Shown piece by piece: positions 1 to 9,769 of a stretch of DNA of 64,000 nt (position 1 is the stretch's first letter; every line of letters begins with the position of its first letter). Source of the stretch: Paracoccaceae bacterium (GTDB lineage Bacteria; Pseudomonadota; Alphaproteobacteria; Rhodobacterales; Rhodobacteraceae); contig CANIKY010000003.1 in assembly GCA_947468085.1 (NCBI GenBank), positions 1,853 to 65,852 on the forward strand, read 5' to 3'. A program made the position numbers and the translations under genes. A model generated the notes under the pieces. It searched no databases and was not told the origin of the DNA. It worked only from the letters and a program-made list of their open reading frames with translations.

Positions 1-375
1 GAATGCGCCCCGCAGATTCAACGCGGCTATGACCCAACGGATGACCTGCTGCAGGTTTGGCCCGTCCATGGATTGGCTGGCGTGGAACGCGCTTTGACCG
101 AGGTGCTGCGTGATCAGATCAAGCCAGATATGGTCTATCTGCAATGGGAAATGATCCTTTCGGCGGCCAATTTGGGGCTGGATATGATCGCGCTCTCGCA
201 TGCCGAGGGGGTCAAAATTGATGCTTGGACCCATCACATGGAAAACCCCATCGTAGGGTTCAGCCCCGCCGAAGGTGCTGAATTTGCCAAGCTTTTGGCA
301 CTAAAGCCCGACCAGATCACCACCGACGAACCCATTGCAACCGAGGCCGCTTGGGCCGCATGGAGCGCGCTATGA
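1..375 (+). CDS. Glycerophosphodiester phosphodiesterase (GDPD) family protein, C-terminal part (5' end outside window)
   Basis: Frame 1 is open from base 1 to TGA at 373-375. The C-terminus 'VKIDAWT...LLALKPDQITTDEP' is typical of the last strands of the GDPD barrel. Confidence 0.7.
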   Translation, partial: ECAPQIQRGYDPTDDLLQVWPVHGLAGVERALTEVLRDQIKPDMVYLQWEMILSAANLGLDMIALSHAEGVKIDAWTHHMENPIVGFSPAEGAEFAKLLALKPDQITTDEPIATEAAWAAWSAL

Positions 376-1445
376 AATCATGGTCCGACACCCCGCAAAC
401 TCGGCTGGTAGAACGGCTTAAACCTGTACCGGCCCCCTTGCGCGCCCATCTGCGCGAAGGGCCCTTTACCTTTGCGCGCCATGACGCTGCCTTTGATGAA
501 CTGCCCGCCCTGCGCGAGATTGAAAAGGCTGGCCCCGCGCCAAAGCGCGAGGAGTTGACAGGGGCTGCCAAGTTAATCTTTTGGAACGTGGAGCGTCTGC
601 GCCATCTGGACGCCATTGCTGCCCACCTGCAAGACCAAGCTGCTGATGTGATCTTGCTGTCCGAAGTGGATCGCGGCATGGCGCGCACAGGCAACAGTGA
701 CCGGATCGCGACCCTGTCGGACCGCTTGGGGTTGGGCTATCTTTTTGCAGTGGAGTTTGTCGAGCTTGACCTTGGCGATGTGCACGAACAACGCACGCAT
801 GCGGGCGAGCAGAACGTTGAGGGCTTGCATGGGGCGGCCATCTTGTCGGATGTGGTCTTGCACACACCCGCCCTAATCCGCCTTGAACGGCGTGGCAATT
901 GGTATGGGCTTGACCGCCACGAACCCCGCATCGGCAGCACGATCGCGCTGTTGGCTTGGGTGAAGATCGACGGTGAGCGGGTGCTGATGGCCAATGTCCA
1001 TCTGGAAAGCCATGAAACCCCCGCCTCACGCGGTGAAGATATGCAAAATCTTTTGAATATGATCGAAACCTTGGCCCCCAAAGGTCGGGTGATACTGGGC
1101 GGTGATTTCAACACCTCAACCGCATCGCATGGCGCGCGGTACGGCGACCCCACAGGCTGGGCCGCACGGCTGGCGGCTGAACCCCTGCGTCTGTTGCGCC
1201 CCGAACCTTACGAGCCGCTGTTCGCGGCTGCGGCTGCACTTGGGTATGAATGGCAGTCCTGCAATCTGCCCGATCAGCCCACCACGCGGTATCCTGCAGG
1301 ATCATCCCGCCCACCCGCCAAGATCGACTGGGTCTTTACCCGCAACCTCAAGGCCCGCGACGTGGCCCTGCTGCACGCGGTGCAACCCGATGGCACGCCT
1401 GCCAGCGACCATGAGGGCTTGGTGGTGACCATCACTTTGGCCTGA
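372..1445 (+). CDS. Endonuclease/exonuclease/phosphatase (EEP) family protein
   Basis: Motifs WNVE, LSEVD, NVHLES, GGDFN, KIDWVF, SDH. ATG at 372 overlaps the upstream stop (ATGA); the ORF track starts at 351. Confidence 0.9.
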   Translation: MKSWSDTPQTRLVERLKPVPAPLRAHLREGPFTFARHDAAFDELPALREIEKAGPAPKREELTGAAKLIFWNVERLRHLDAIAAHLQDQAADVILLSEVDRGMARTGNSDRIATLSDRLGLGYLFAVEFVELDLGDVHEQRTHAGEQNVEGLHGAAILSDVVLHTPALIRLERRGNWYGLDRHEPRIGSTIALLAWVKIDGERVLMANVHLESHETPASRGEDMQNLLNMIETLAPKGRVILGGDFNTSTASHGARYGDPTGWAARLAAEPLRLLRPEPYEPLFAAAAALGYEWQSCNLPDQPTTRYPAGSSRPPAKIDWVFTRNLKARDVALLHAVQPDGTPASDHEGLVVTITLA

Positions 1446-1459
1446 TAGGCCAAAGGGGT

Positions 1460-2782
1460 TCAGCCCACAAAGATCGGATTGGTGACGGCGTGCAGCCTGC
1501 CCGTGGCATCGCGCAATTCGGCCATGACAAAGCCCTCAGCGCCCACGAACTCTGCCCGTCCAGCAGCATTGGCTGCGGCGGGGTGATGGCTTTGCACCCC
1601 TTTTGCGTCGACAAAGCTGAGAGTCAGGGCAACGTCCTGTGACTGCCAGTCGGCTTGAAAGACAGCGCCTTGGTCTGTCGTCTCGCCCATGGCGGCCAGC
1701 CCGCCTTGCGCGGACTGCGCCTGCAAAATCAGCCGGGGACCCGAGGACAGGTAGTTTCGCCCCGCCTGAACCGCTTGCAAAACAGCCAAGGCTGTCAGGC
1801 CATCGGCCTCGACATGGTTAAAGCCCACCTGCCCCACGCCGCCCTCTGGCCCGTGGATATCACTTCCCGCCGTGGCACGCAGGCGGTGGCCTTGGGCAAG
1901 CCACTGGCGATACAGCGCCAACCCTTCTTCGTTGTAATCCGACCAAGGGCCGCCATTCCAGATTTCGACCAATCCGGCATTGCCCGGGCGCATATCGTCA
2001 TATTCCCATCGACAGCCTGTGCAGGCCGGATCGCCGGGCGACATCGGGTGGGCGATGACAAAAAGCCCGCCTTTGCCCATGATATCAGCCGCAAGCATCG
2101 GCATGGTTTGCCCCGTCACCGGCCCCACTCGCCATTGTGGCAGATGTTCCACCCCCAAGGCCACAGCATGGCCCCAATGGGTGGTCAACTCCATCCCACC
2201 CAGCGTCAGCAAATCATCGCCCGCCATGGAATGCACTTCGGCATGGCCAGAGGTGGTGTTGTGATCCGACAAGGTCATGAAATCCAACCGGCGCGCGCGT
2301 GCCCAAGCGACCAGATCGGCGATAGACCAACTGCCGTCTGAATGCAGCGTATGGGCATGCAGATCGCCGCGATACCAGCCACGGCCCCGCGCTTGGGTCT
2401 TGGCTGCGATAAAGGCGGGTTGGGCGGGGACGGGGGTGGTTTGGCAATCGATTTCGACCACGTAGTCAATTCGGCCCATCACGCGGAAACAATCCAAGTA
2501 CAGCGTCCAAGTGCCCGGTTCGATCGCGCCGGGCAGATAGCCCGGCGTGGCCGACGTTTGCGAAATCGCAAAGTCCCAGACCGGATTGTTATGCCGCGCC
2601 CCGCGCGGGCCTGCGGGGCCAAACAGGCTGAGCGAGATCATATTGTCAAAAAATGCCCCCGCTTCGCGTTGTGGAGAGGCTTTTAAACGCACGACCAGTT
2701 GGGTTGTGCCTTCAGGTACTTCAAAGGTCAGGGGCACATGGGCCTTGTGATGGCTCGCATCAAGTTGTCCGGTCAGGGTCAT
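1460..2782 (-). CDS. PHP-domain metallohydrolase (CehA/McbA-like) with N-terminal accessory domain
   Basis: PHP metal-ligand motifs GDLHAHTLHSDG, SDHNT, GMELTT, AHP, EIWNG, GSDIHG. Confidence 0.88.
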   Translation of the reverse strand: MTLTGQLDASHHKAHVPLTFEVPEGTTQLVVRLKASPQREAGAFFDNMISLSLFGPAGPRGARHNNPVWDFAISQTSATPGYLPGAIEPGTWTLYLDCFRVMGRIDYVVEIDCQTTPVPAQPAFIAAKTQARGRGWYRGDLHAHTLHSDGSWSIADLVAWARARRLDFMTLSDHNTTSGHAEVHSMAGDDLLTLGGMELTTHWGHAVALGVEHLPQWRVGPVTGQTMPMLAADIMGKGGLFVIAHPMSPGDPACTGCRWEYDDMRPGNAGLVEIWNGGPWSDYNEEGLALYRQWLAQGHRLRATAGSDIHGPEGGVGQVGFNHVEADGLTALAVLQAVQAGRNYLSSGPRLILQAQSAQGGLAAMGETTDQGAVFQADWQSQDVALTLSFVDAKGVQSHHPAAANAAGRAEFVGAEGFVMAELRDATGRLHAVTNPIFVG

Positions 2783-3840
2783 GCTGTGGCTCCGGCGGTT
2801 TGGGCGGGAAGGGGGGATTGGGCGAGGCCGATCAGCATCCCGTCGCGAAAGGCATGCAAGCGGCGAGGCAGCAGGGTTAGAAGGCGGCCAAGATCAGGGG
2901 CTTGGTCGCGCGGGCAGGTCCATGTGATCAGGTCGCCCGCCTCGGTCATCAGGTTGACCTTGGTCACAGGGCCAAGGTCGATCACCCGCGTCACGCGGGC
3001 GGCGGCACCCTTGGCGTCAAGGTAAAGATCCTCAGGCCGGCAAAGAAGCGCCACTTCGCCGTCAGGCAGCGGCAGGCGCAGGTCTAGGCCATACCAATCC
3101 GCAGCCCCTTGCCGCAGCGTGGTGGTGCAGGTGTTCATCGCGCCGATGAACTGCGCCACACCCAAAGTCGAGGGGTTTTGATACAGCGCTCCGGGCGGGC
3201 CCACCTGTTCCACGCGGCCGCCCTGCATCACCACGATGCGGTCGGCCAGTTCCATCGCCTCTTCTTGGTCATGGGTCACAAAGATTGTGGTCAGGTCCAA
3301 GCGGCCCTGCAACGCCTTAAGCTCTTCGCGCAATCCCTTGCGCAGATGGGCGTCAAGGGCCGAGAAAGGCTCATCCATCAGCAAAACCTTGGGCTCCACC
3401 ACCAAACACCGCGCCAAGGCCACGCGTTGGGCTTGCCCGCCCGACAATTCCGCGGGAAGGCGTTTGGCAAAGGCAGCAAGCCCCACCAGATCCAGCACGG
3501 CGGCTGTCTTGGCGGCGATCTCGGCCTTGGGCAAGCCGCGCACGCGCAGGCCAAATCCCACATTCTGCGCCACACTCATATGCGACCACAAAGCGTGGCT
3601 TTGAAAGACCATCGCTGTTGGGCGGCGGTTGGCTTGGGTGGCAGTCATATCAACACCTTCGATCCGGACAGACCCGCTGTCAGAGCCGGTCAGGCCCGAG
3701 ATGATGCGCAGCAAGGTCGACTTACCGCAGCCCGAAGGCCCAAGCAGGCACACCAACTCGCCCCGCGCCACCGCAAAAGAGGCGTCGCGCACGGCGGGGG
3801 TGCCTTGGTACATCTTCGTGATGGCGTCAATCTGCAGCAT
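2779..3840 (-). CDS. ABC transporter ATP-binding protein (PotA/MalK-like, C-terminal TOBE)
   Basis: Walker A GPSGCGKS, signature LSGGQ, Walker B LLMDEPFSALD, VTHDQEEA. ATG at 3840 chosen over the TTG at 3852. Confidence 0.95.
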   Translation of the reverse strand: MLQIDAITKMYQGTPAVRDASFAVARGELVCLLGPSGCGKSTLLRIISGLTGSDSGSVRIEGVDMTATQANRRPTAMVFQSHALWSHMSVAQNVGFGLRVRGLPKAEIAAKTAAVLDLVGLAAFAKRLPAELSGGQAQRVALARCLVVEPKVLLMDEPFSALDAHLRKGLREELKALQGRLDLTTIFVTHDQEEAMELADRIVVMQGGRVEQVGPPGALYQNPSTLGVAQFIGAMNTCTTTLRQGAADWYGLDLRLPLPDGEVALLCRPEDLYLDAKGAAARVTRVIDLGPVTKVNLMTEAGDLITWTCPRDQAPDLGRLLTLLPRRLHAFRDGMLIGLAQSPLPAQTAGATA

Positions 3841-3841
3841 G

Positions 3842-4642
3842 TCAGGCTCCAAACCCTTGGGCGATGCCCTTTGAGGTCATAAATCGGCGGCTTAGCAGCA
3901 TTAAAACAAAACACGGTACCCAGATCAGCACGCACAGCACCGCCGCCTCTTGCACGATGACTTTGGAGGATAGGGTCATCAGCAACAAAGGCATAGTGGT
4001 GACAGTGGGCGCGCCAATCAGAAGGGCGCTGTCGACCTCGAACAAGATCGAGACAAAGCCCAACACATAGCTTGCCGCCAGTGCGGGCATGGCCTGCGGT
4101 AAGGTGATGAACAAAAACACCCGCAGGCGTGATGCGCCAAGGTCAAATGCAGCTTCTTCCAGCGCAGGCGGGATGCCGCGAAAGGCGGCGGTGGGGATCC
4201 AGATCATGAACAGCACGGCTGACAGCATCTGCACCACCACCACGCCCCAGAAATTGCCGACCAACCCCAACTTCAGGAAGATCACCGCGATTGACACAAA
4301 CAGCGCAAACTTCGGCACGGCTTGGGCGGCGATAAAAGAAAACAGCAGCAGTTGGCGGCCGGGGAATTTCAGCCGTGCAAAAGCATAGGCCGCAGGCCAG
4401 CAGATCAGCGCCGCCGTGGTCGTGGCAATGGATGTCAGCGCCAACGAGGTCAGCACCGGCGTGATCACCGTCTCGCGCCCAAGCATCGCAAACCAGTATT
4501 TCAGGCCCCATTCCGTGGGCAACAAATGCGGGTAGCGCCATTTGACGGTAAAGGCCCATAAAACCACCGTCAAAATCGGCCCAAGCATGGCAAGGCCCAA
4601 GCTGCCAAGCAGAATCAATCCGCCAAAGGGTGTCCGTTTCAT
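3842..4642 (-). CDS. ABC transporter permease (PotC-like)
   Basis: Hydrophobic TM segments; EAA loop 'LEEAAFDLGAS'. Start at 4642 overlaps the upstream stop (ATGA). Confidence 0.92.
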   Translation of the reverse strand: MKRTPFGGLILLGSLGLAMLGPILTVVLWAFTVKWRYPHLLPTEWGLKYWFAMLGRETVITPVLTSLALTSIATTTAALICWPAAYAFARLKFPGRQLLLFSFIAAQAVPKFALFVSIAVIFLKLGLVGNFWGVVVVQMLSAVLFMIWIPTAAFRGIPPALEEAAFDLGASRLRVFLFITLPQAMPALAASYVLGFVSILFEVDSALLIGAPTVTTMPLLLMTLSSKVIVQEAAVLCVLIWVPCFVLMLLSRRFMTSKGIAQGFGA

Positions 4643-5532
4643 CGCGCACCTGCCGAGGATTTGACCATCGTGGCAATATAAAACCCACCAACGATGGACG
4701 AGATCACCATCAGCACCACCGCCTGCACTTGGGCGGATGCCGGATCGTGTAGATTGCCCAAGGTGCGCTGCATGAAGACGCTCATCATCTCGGGTGCGGG
4801 CGGGCCAAGCATATAGGGCACGGTAAAGGCGCCGATGATGCCCATGAAGATCAGCGCAAAGGCGATCAGCAGCGAACGGCGCATTTGCGGCAACAAAATC
4901 TCCCACAGGATGCGGGGGGCTTTTGCGCCAAGGTCGCGCGCCGCCTCGACAGCGTGGTCAGAGACTTGCGAAAGGCCAGCGCTAAGAACCAGAACCGGCA
5001 GGGGAATATTCTCCCACACAAAGGCCAGAAAGGGACCAACGGGGGTTAAATAGGGCGTACGGTACTGGGTGAAGCCCACCTGTTCCAGCATCAGTTGAAG
5101 CAACCCGTTCGGCCCCAAAAACCGCACCAAAGCGTAAGAAATGATGATCGAGGGCACGAACAGTGGAAAAAGGGACAGGCCGTGGATCATCGTAGCGATC
5201 CGTCCGGCGGAAAAGCGCAGGTATAGGGCTAAGCCAAAGGAAATCCCCAAGGCCGCCAAGGCCGACACCAATCCCATTTCCAGCGTATAGCGCAGGTTGG
5301 CCATGGTGTAGGCATCGTTGAAAAAGGCAAAATAGCGTTCAGGGCTCAGAGTGCCGTCAACTAAGACAGTGGCCGTAACCATCCGCACTGTCGGCCATAA
5401 GATCAGCGTGACCAAAAGCCCCACCGGCAGGGCCACAAGCGCAAGACCGGCCAAGGCTTGAAAGCCATGGCCGGTGCGCTGGGTTTGTCCGGGGGCGAGG
5501 CCCCCGGACGGTTTTGTGATGTCAAGCATCAA
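4639..5532 (-). CDS. ABC transporter permease (PotB-like)
   Basis: TM segments; EAA loop 'VEAARDLGAK'. Confidence 0.92.
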   Translation of the reverse strand: MMLDITKPSGGLAPGQTQRTGHGFQALAGLALVALPVGLLVTLILWPTVRMVTATVLVDGTLSPERYFAFFNDAYTMANLRYTLEMGLVSALAALGISFGLALYLRFSAGRIATMIHGLSLFPLFVPSIIISYALVRFLGPNGLLQLMLEQVGFTQYRTPYLTPVGPFLAFVWENIPLPVLVLSAGLSQVSDHAVEAARDLGAKAPRILWEILLPQMRRSLLIAFALIFMGIIGAFTVPYMLGPPAPEMMSVFMQRTLGNLHDPASAQVQAVVLMVISSIVGGFYIATMVKSSAGAR

Positions 5533-6671
5533 TCGCGAACGATGTTGGTGGCAACGTTCTTGTACCAGCCGTCATTCTTGGCAGTCTGCCAATCGCCCGA
5601 AGGGAAGGTCGGGATCGAAACCGGGATCACGTCGATGTATTCTGCCTTCAGATCTGCCGGCAGATTGTCCCACGAAATTCCGGGGAAGCCGCCGATATCG
5701 CGCACGCACGACGTTTGGGTTTCGGGCGAGAGCATAAAGTTCGCCAAGGCCAAAGCGCCTTCCAGATCGGTTGCGTTGGACGGGATGGCCGAATAAGCAA
5801 AGCCACCGCACAAAGCCAGATCCTGCAACTGCACGACCTTGACGGTTTCGGGCAGACCGCCGTTGTTGATGGCCTGCAAGGCCATATCCGACCAAGCCGG
5901 GATCATGTCGACAGCGCCCTGTGCCAAAAGTTGCAGCGCGGGGGAGTTGCCGGCGGGATAGGTGCCTTCGCCAAAGGTGAAGGGGTGCAGGTCCTTCAAG
6001 ATGGCCCAGCCCTTTTGCAGCATCTCTTCGGCCTTGGCGGCTTCGAAGTTGTCTTTTGTGAAGGCTGCGGGATCTTGACCATTGGCTTCGTGGATGGCGC
6101 GGATCACGAAGTTCGACCCCGAACCACCTTTGTCGGGGCGGCCATAGGTGAAGCGGCCCGGATTGGCCTTGGCCCAAGCGACGAGGTCGGCAAAGGTCTT
6201 GGGCGGGTTGGCAACTTTGGCGCTGTCATAGGCGATCAGAACCTGGCTGCCGCGATAGGGCAGGCGGATCGGGGTTTGAACGGCGGCGGGGTTGATCATC
6301 TTCAGATTCGGCACATTGGAGTCTGCAGTTTCCAGCCAAAGGCCAGCCTCGACCGAGCCTGCAACCGATGCGGGCTCAATTTCCTCAAAATAGTCGACCT
6401 GCGGGTCAGCCTTGGCCTGCAAAGCGGCCAAAGCACGCTCGGCGATCGTGCCGTTGCCGTCGGCCACGCCGCGGGTGATGGTCACATTGAACGTGTGGCC
6501 GGGATTGGCAGCCTCAAACGCGGGCTTCAGGATATTGTTCCACCAATCAGAGATATTGGTATCCCCGTCGATGTAAACTTGCAGGGTCTTGATGTCTGCC
6601 GCGGAAACGCGGGTGGACACAAGAGTGGCAGCAGCGGCCGAAGTGGCCAGAAATTGACGACGCGACAACAT
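5529..6671 (-). CDS. ABC transporter substrate-binding protein (PotD/YnjB-like), Tat signal peptide
   Basis: N-terminus MLSRRQFLATSAAAA..VSA is a twin-arginine signal; SBP motifs 'PPKTFADLVAWAKANPGRFTY'. Start reassigned to ATG 6671. Confidence 0.9.
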   Translation of the reverse strand: MLSRRQFLATSAAAATLVSTRVSAADIKTLQVYIDGDTNISDWWNNILKPAFEAANPGHTFNVTITRGVADGNGTIAERALAALQAKADPQVDYFEEIEPASVAGSVEAGLWLETADSNVPNLKMINPAAVQTPIRLPYRGSQVLIAYDSAKVANPPKTFADLVAWAKANPGRFTYGRPDKGGSGSNFVIRAIHEANGQDPAAFTKDNFEAAKAEEMLQKGWAILKDLHPFTFGEGTYPAGNSPALQLLAQGAVDMIPAWSDMALQAINNGGLPETVKVVQLQDLALCGGFAYSAIPSNATDLEGALALANFMLSPETQTSCVRDIGGFPGISWDNLPADLKAEYIDVIPVSIPTFPSGDWQTAKNDGWYKNVATNIVRD

Positions 6672-6723
6672 GGCAAAGATCCTTTCAAAGGGCGAACTTG
6701 CAGAAACAACCTCTGCCTCATCG

Positions 6724-6774
6724 GTAACTTTGCGATGACGCTGTGGTGAACCTTGGATGACGCCTATGTGACGC
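6724..6774 (-). promoter_or_regulatory. Tandem Pho-box-like array (five half-sites at 11-bp period)
   Basis: Minus strand reads GCGTCAC-ATAG-GCGTCAT-CCAA-GGTTCAC-CACA-GCGTCAT-CGCA-AAGTTAC, 53-103 bp upstream of the SBP ATG. Resembles the PhoB consensus CTGTCAT-N4 repeats. Confidence 0.72.
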
Positions 6775-6922
6775 TTCAAAGCGCGATGTTTAGGCTGGAA
6801 AACCTGCCCGATCTCAGCAAGGATAGGGCTGCGCTACCTCGCCAGAAATAGGTTGATGCCTGCATTTTTTGACAGCCATTTTTTGATGGATTTTTTGATG
6901 AGTTTTTTAATGAGAGTGATTT

Positions 6923-9769
6923 ATGCCAAAAATAACTTGTATAACAACGACATATAACGAAGGCGAATTGCTTTTGACGGCGGTAGAATCTGTTTTGAAC
7001 CAAAGTTTTGCCGATTTCGAATATCTGATTATAGATGATGGATCTTCAGAAGAAACGCTTGAAATTCTAGGCCGCTTGTCCGACCCACGGTTGAGGGTCA
7101 TCCGGCAGGCCAACGCCGGTTTATCCGCTGCGCGCAACGCCGGTATAGCACTGGCTCTGGGCGATTATATCTGTTTTTTAGATGCCGACGATTTGCGCCC
7201 GAATTGGTCCTTTGCTGCAATAGCCTCCGTCATTGATGCCGCGCAACCTGATCTGGTGCTGTGCCCCGGAATGCTGTGTGACCTGCGCGGTCAGGTTGAA
7301 GATTTTTATGATGCAGCGGTCTTTAGGCAGATTGCAGAAATCCTGCCGGGTGGGGTAAGTGAACGGCGCGATCCAAAACATACCCAACTTTGCGTCTTGG
7401 CGCAGCAGCTAGAACCGCAATCCGCCAACAAAGTGGTGCGACGATCGTTTTTAAGGGCAGCAGGGCTTCGCTTTCCTGCGCCCTATTTTTTTGAAGACAT
7501 ATTTTTCCATACCAATGCCATCGTTCAGGCCGATCGCATTGTCATTCTTGACTGTCCGGCCTTTACCTATTTTCACCGTTACCAACGGCGTCAAATTACC
7601 ACGACTGCGGGCGAATTGCGCTTTGACATTCTTGCCGTAGTGAAGTTGACGCTCGACGCCTTTGCGCTGCGACCAGAGTTCGGCAATTTGGCCTACCGAG
7701 GGGTTGTTTTCGCCAGTTGCCTAAAACTGATTGATTGGTGTGAAAACTGCCTGGGGCATCCACTACGCGCGGCCTTTCGGCAAAATGTCCAAGAGATGAT
7801 GGCGTCGTTACACTCAGGATTTAGTGAGATTCAGTGTGATCAAGGCTTACATCCTGCCTTTTTGACACCGCTCTGCCGACATCTTGGTATTTCAGAAGAA
7901 CGGGTGGGGCAGATGTACGTTAAACCACTGAACTTGGTTCAAGAACACCAAGTGGCCACTCCGTTTGGAAACCAAATTTTCGATCCTGACGAGCGGATCG
8001 AAGTGCAAGCATTTGGGCAAACTATTTCTATCCTTGCGCCCAAGATTGACTTTCTTCGAACAGATTCTTTCTACAGATTACGCCATATTTATCAACCGGC
8101 CCTCGCTGCGCAAACCTTGGCGGTTGAAGGTGTCGCTTTGGATATTGGCGCAGGGTTTGGCGTTTTCGCGCTGCCTTTTGCATTGGCTTACCCTGGGTGG
8201 AAGGTCTTTTGTTTTGAGCCCGATCCAACAGCCTTTGCATTCTTGCAAAAAAATATCTGCGATTTGGCACTGAGCCAAATCACCGCTTTGCCCTTTGCCA
8301 TCGGCCATCAAATAAGGGGCGGGCAGCAGGAAGAAAAAGCCGTCGAGGCGGCTTTGAGGCAGTTGATGTTCGATCCAAGCGCTCAGGTCGACAGGCTAGC
8401 GGCCTTGCTGCCCTTAATTGAACATAGTAAGTCAAAGATAAATATAGGGTATTTAGAGCGGGGGCACAACGCATCGGCAGAGTTCGACGTTGTCCAAGTG
8501 CCCACTCTTGCCGCCCAGGCGCTGGAAGTTTTAGCGCCGTCTTTGGTGAAACTCACTGCGCCCAAGGCGGAGGCTGAAATTCTTTCTGACCTGTCGCAGT
8601 CAAAGATTGATCATGTGATTGGTGAAAGCTGGCAGCATATACCGTCCGCTATCATCCATGCGCCGTCTAGGGGTTTGCGTCAAACTTGGATACCTCGTGC
8701 GGGACAATCTAAATTTGGGTTGCGCAGGTCAGTTGATTCGGCGGGCAAGTCATTAAGCTTGGATGTTGTTCTTGCGTTGCCCTTCGTTGGTAATGTCGAT
8801 TTTGCGTGGATTGCAGGACTGTTGTCTGATCCATCAAAAGACATAAACGTGCTTCTTGTTGGCGATAAGTTAACAAAACCCGCAGAGGCCGCAATGCAGG
8901 CCTGTTCGCGCAACGATCCACGCGTTCGCTTTTTGCATAGGCCAATCGACACGCAAGTGTCTGCTTGGAATTTTGGGCGCTTGCAATCGGCGGCCACACA
9001 TATTGCTTTTGTCGATGCGCAAAGTCGCCCGGGAAAGAATTTCTTTGCTGGCCTATTGGACCTTGCGCGTCAGACCGGGGCCGAGGTTGTGCAGGGGCCA
9101 TTTCGTTGCATTGGAGGTGACAATCTTTTGAAAATGGCTCCAAGCGTATCGAGGCAAGAAACCCATGCATCGCCCATGTCACGGTTTGAAATATTTGACA
9201 CGACCTATCACTACTGTGGCGTCTTTGAACTGATGGCAGAGCCGCCAACGATTTGGCGGCGGGTTTATCGGCGTGATTTTTTGGATAATCGGAGGATTTG
9301 GTTTCCTGATCATCTGGCGTCGACGGGTGAATTTGTTTTCCAGACGCTTAGTCTAAACAATATCCCTGATGTGCCGACTTTAGATGGTGTCATATTTTGC
9401 CGCGGCCCAAGCAAACCCGCTGGGCAGGACTTGGCCTTGTGCACCCTAGAATCGTTTAGGATTTTGCTTAATCGAGCCGGGGTCGAGGGGTGGAACGATC
9501 TTTCCCCTCTGTTTCAATCTATCGCACTCCAACTTAATGCCTGCGTGACGCATATTATTCCACAGGACACATCAGCGTTCCTTCAGGCTGCTGCGAAACT
9601 TTGGGCCTATGCCCACAAAGCCTTCGGTTCAGAGGCCTTTGAACAAGCGCCATTAGACCTGTTCGAGCCCTCAGAATTTGCGCAACAGTTCAATCGTATT
9701 ATTGCGCAGCTTGGTCCTTTGAGCACCACCCAAGCTTGGGATTTCTTAGAGCTAACCTCTGCGCTGTGA
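6923..9769 (+). CDS. Multidomain glycosyltransferase: GT2 + FkbM-family methyltransferase + second GT2-like domain
   Basis: N-terminal 'TTYNEG..IIDDGS..NAGLSAARN..CFLDADD'; central 'ALDIGAGFGVFA..CFEPDP'; C-terminal 'WNFGR..IAFVDAQ..IWRRVYRRDFL'. Confidence 0.85.
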   Translation: MPKITCITTTYNEGELLLTAVESVLNQSFADFEYLIIDDGSSEETLEILGRLSDPRLRVIRQANAGLSAARNAGIALALGDYICFLDADDLRPNWSFAAIASVIDAAQPDLVLCPGMLCDLRGQVEDFYDAAVFRQIAEILPGGVSERRDPKHTQLCVLAQQLEPQSANKVVRRSFLRAAGLRFPAPYFFEDIFFHTNAIVQADRIVILDCPAFTYFHRYQRRQITTTAGELRFDILAVVKLTLDAFALRPEFGNLAYRGVVFASCLKLIDWCENCLGHPLRAAFRQNVQEMMASLHSGFSEIQCDQGLHPAFLTPLCRHLGISEERVGQMYVKPLNLVQEHQVATPFGNQIFDPDERIEVQAFGQTISILAPKIDFLRTDSFYRLRHIYQPALAAQTLAVEGVALDIGAGFGVFALPFALAYPGWKVFCFEPDPTAFAFLQKNICDLALSQITALPFAIGHQIRGGQQEEKAVEAALRQLMFDPSAQVDRLAALLPLIEHSKSKINIGYLERGHNASAEFDVVQVPTLAAQALEVLAPSLVKLTAPKAEAEILSDLSQSKIDHVIGESWQHIPSAIIHAPSRGLRQTWIPRAGQSKFGLRRSVDSAGKSLSLDVVLALPFVGNVDFAWIAGLLSDPSKDINVLLVGDKLTKPAEAAMQACSRNDPRVRFLHRPIDTQVSAWNFGRLQSAATHIAFVDAQSRPGKNFFAGLLDLARQTGAEVVQGPFRCIGGDNLLKMAPSVSRQETHASPMSRFEIFDTTYHYCGVFELMAEPPTIWRRVYRRDFLDNRRIWFPDHLASTGEFVFQTLSLNNIPDVPTLDGVIFCRGPSKPAGQDLALCTLESFRILLNRAGVEGWNDLSPLFQSIALQLNACVTHIIPQDTSAFLQAAAKLWAYAHKAFGSEAFEQAPLDLFEPSEFAQQFNRIIAQLGPLSTTQAWDFLELTSAL

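Noticed and set aside
5715-6749. Long antisense ORFs (e.g. 5715-6749, 29339-30214, 39876-40664, 42868-43812, 55989-56867)
   Set aside because: Shadow ORFs from GC-biased codon usage opposite well-supported genes; no motifs.
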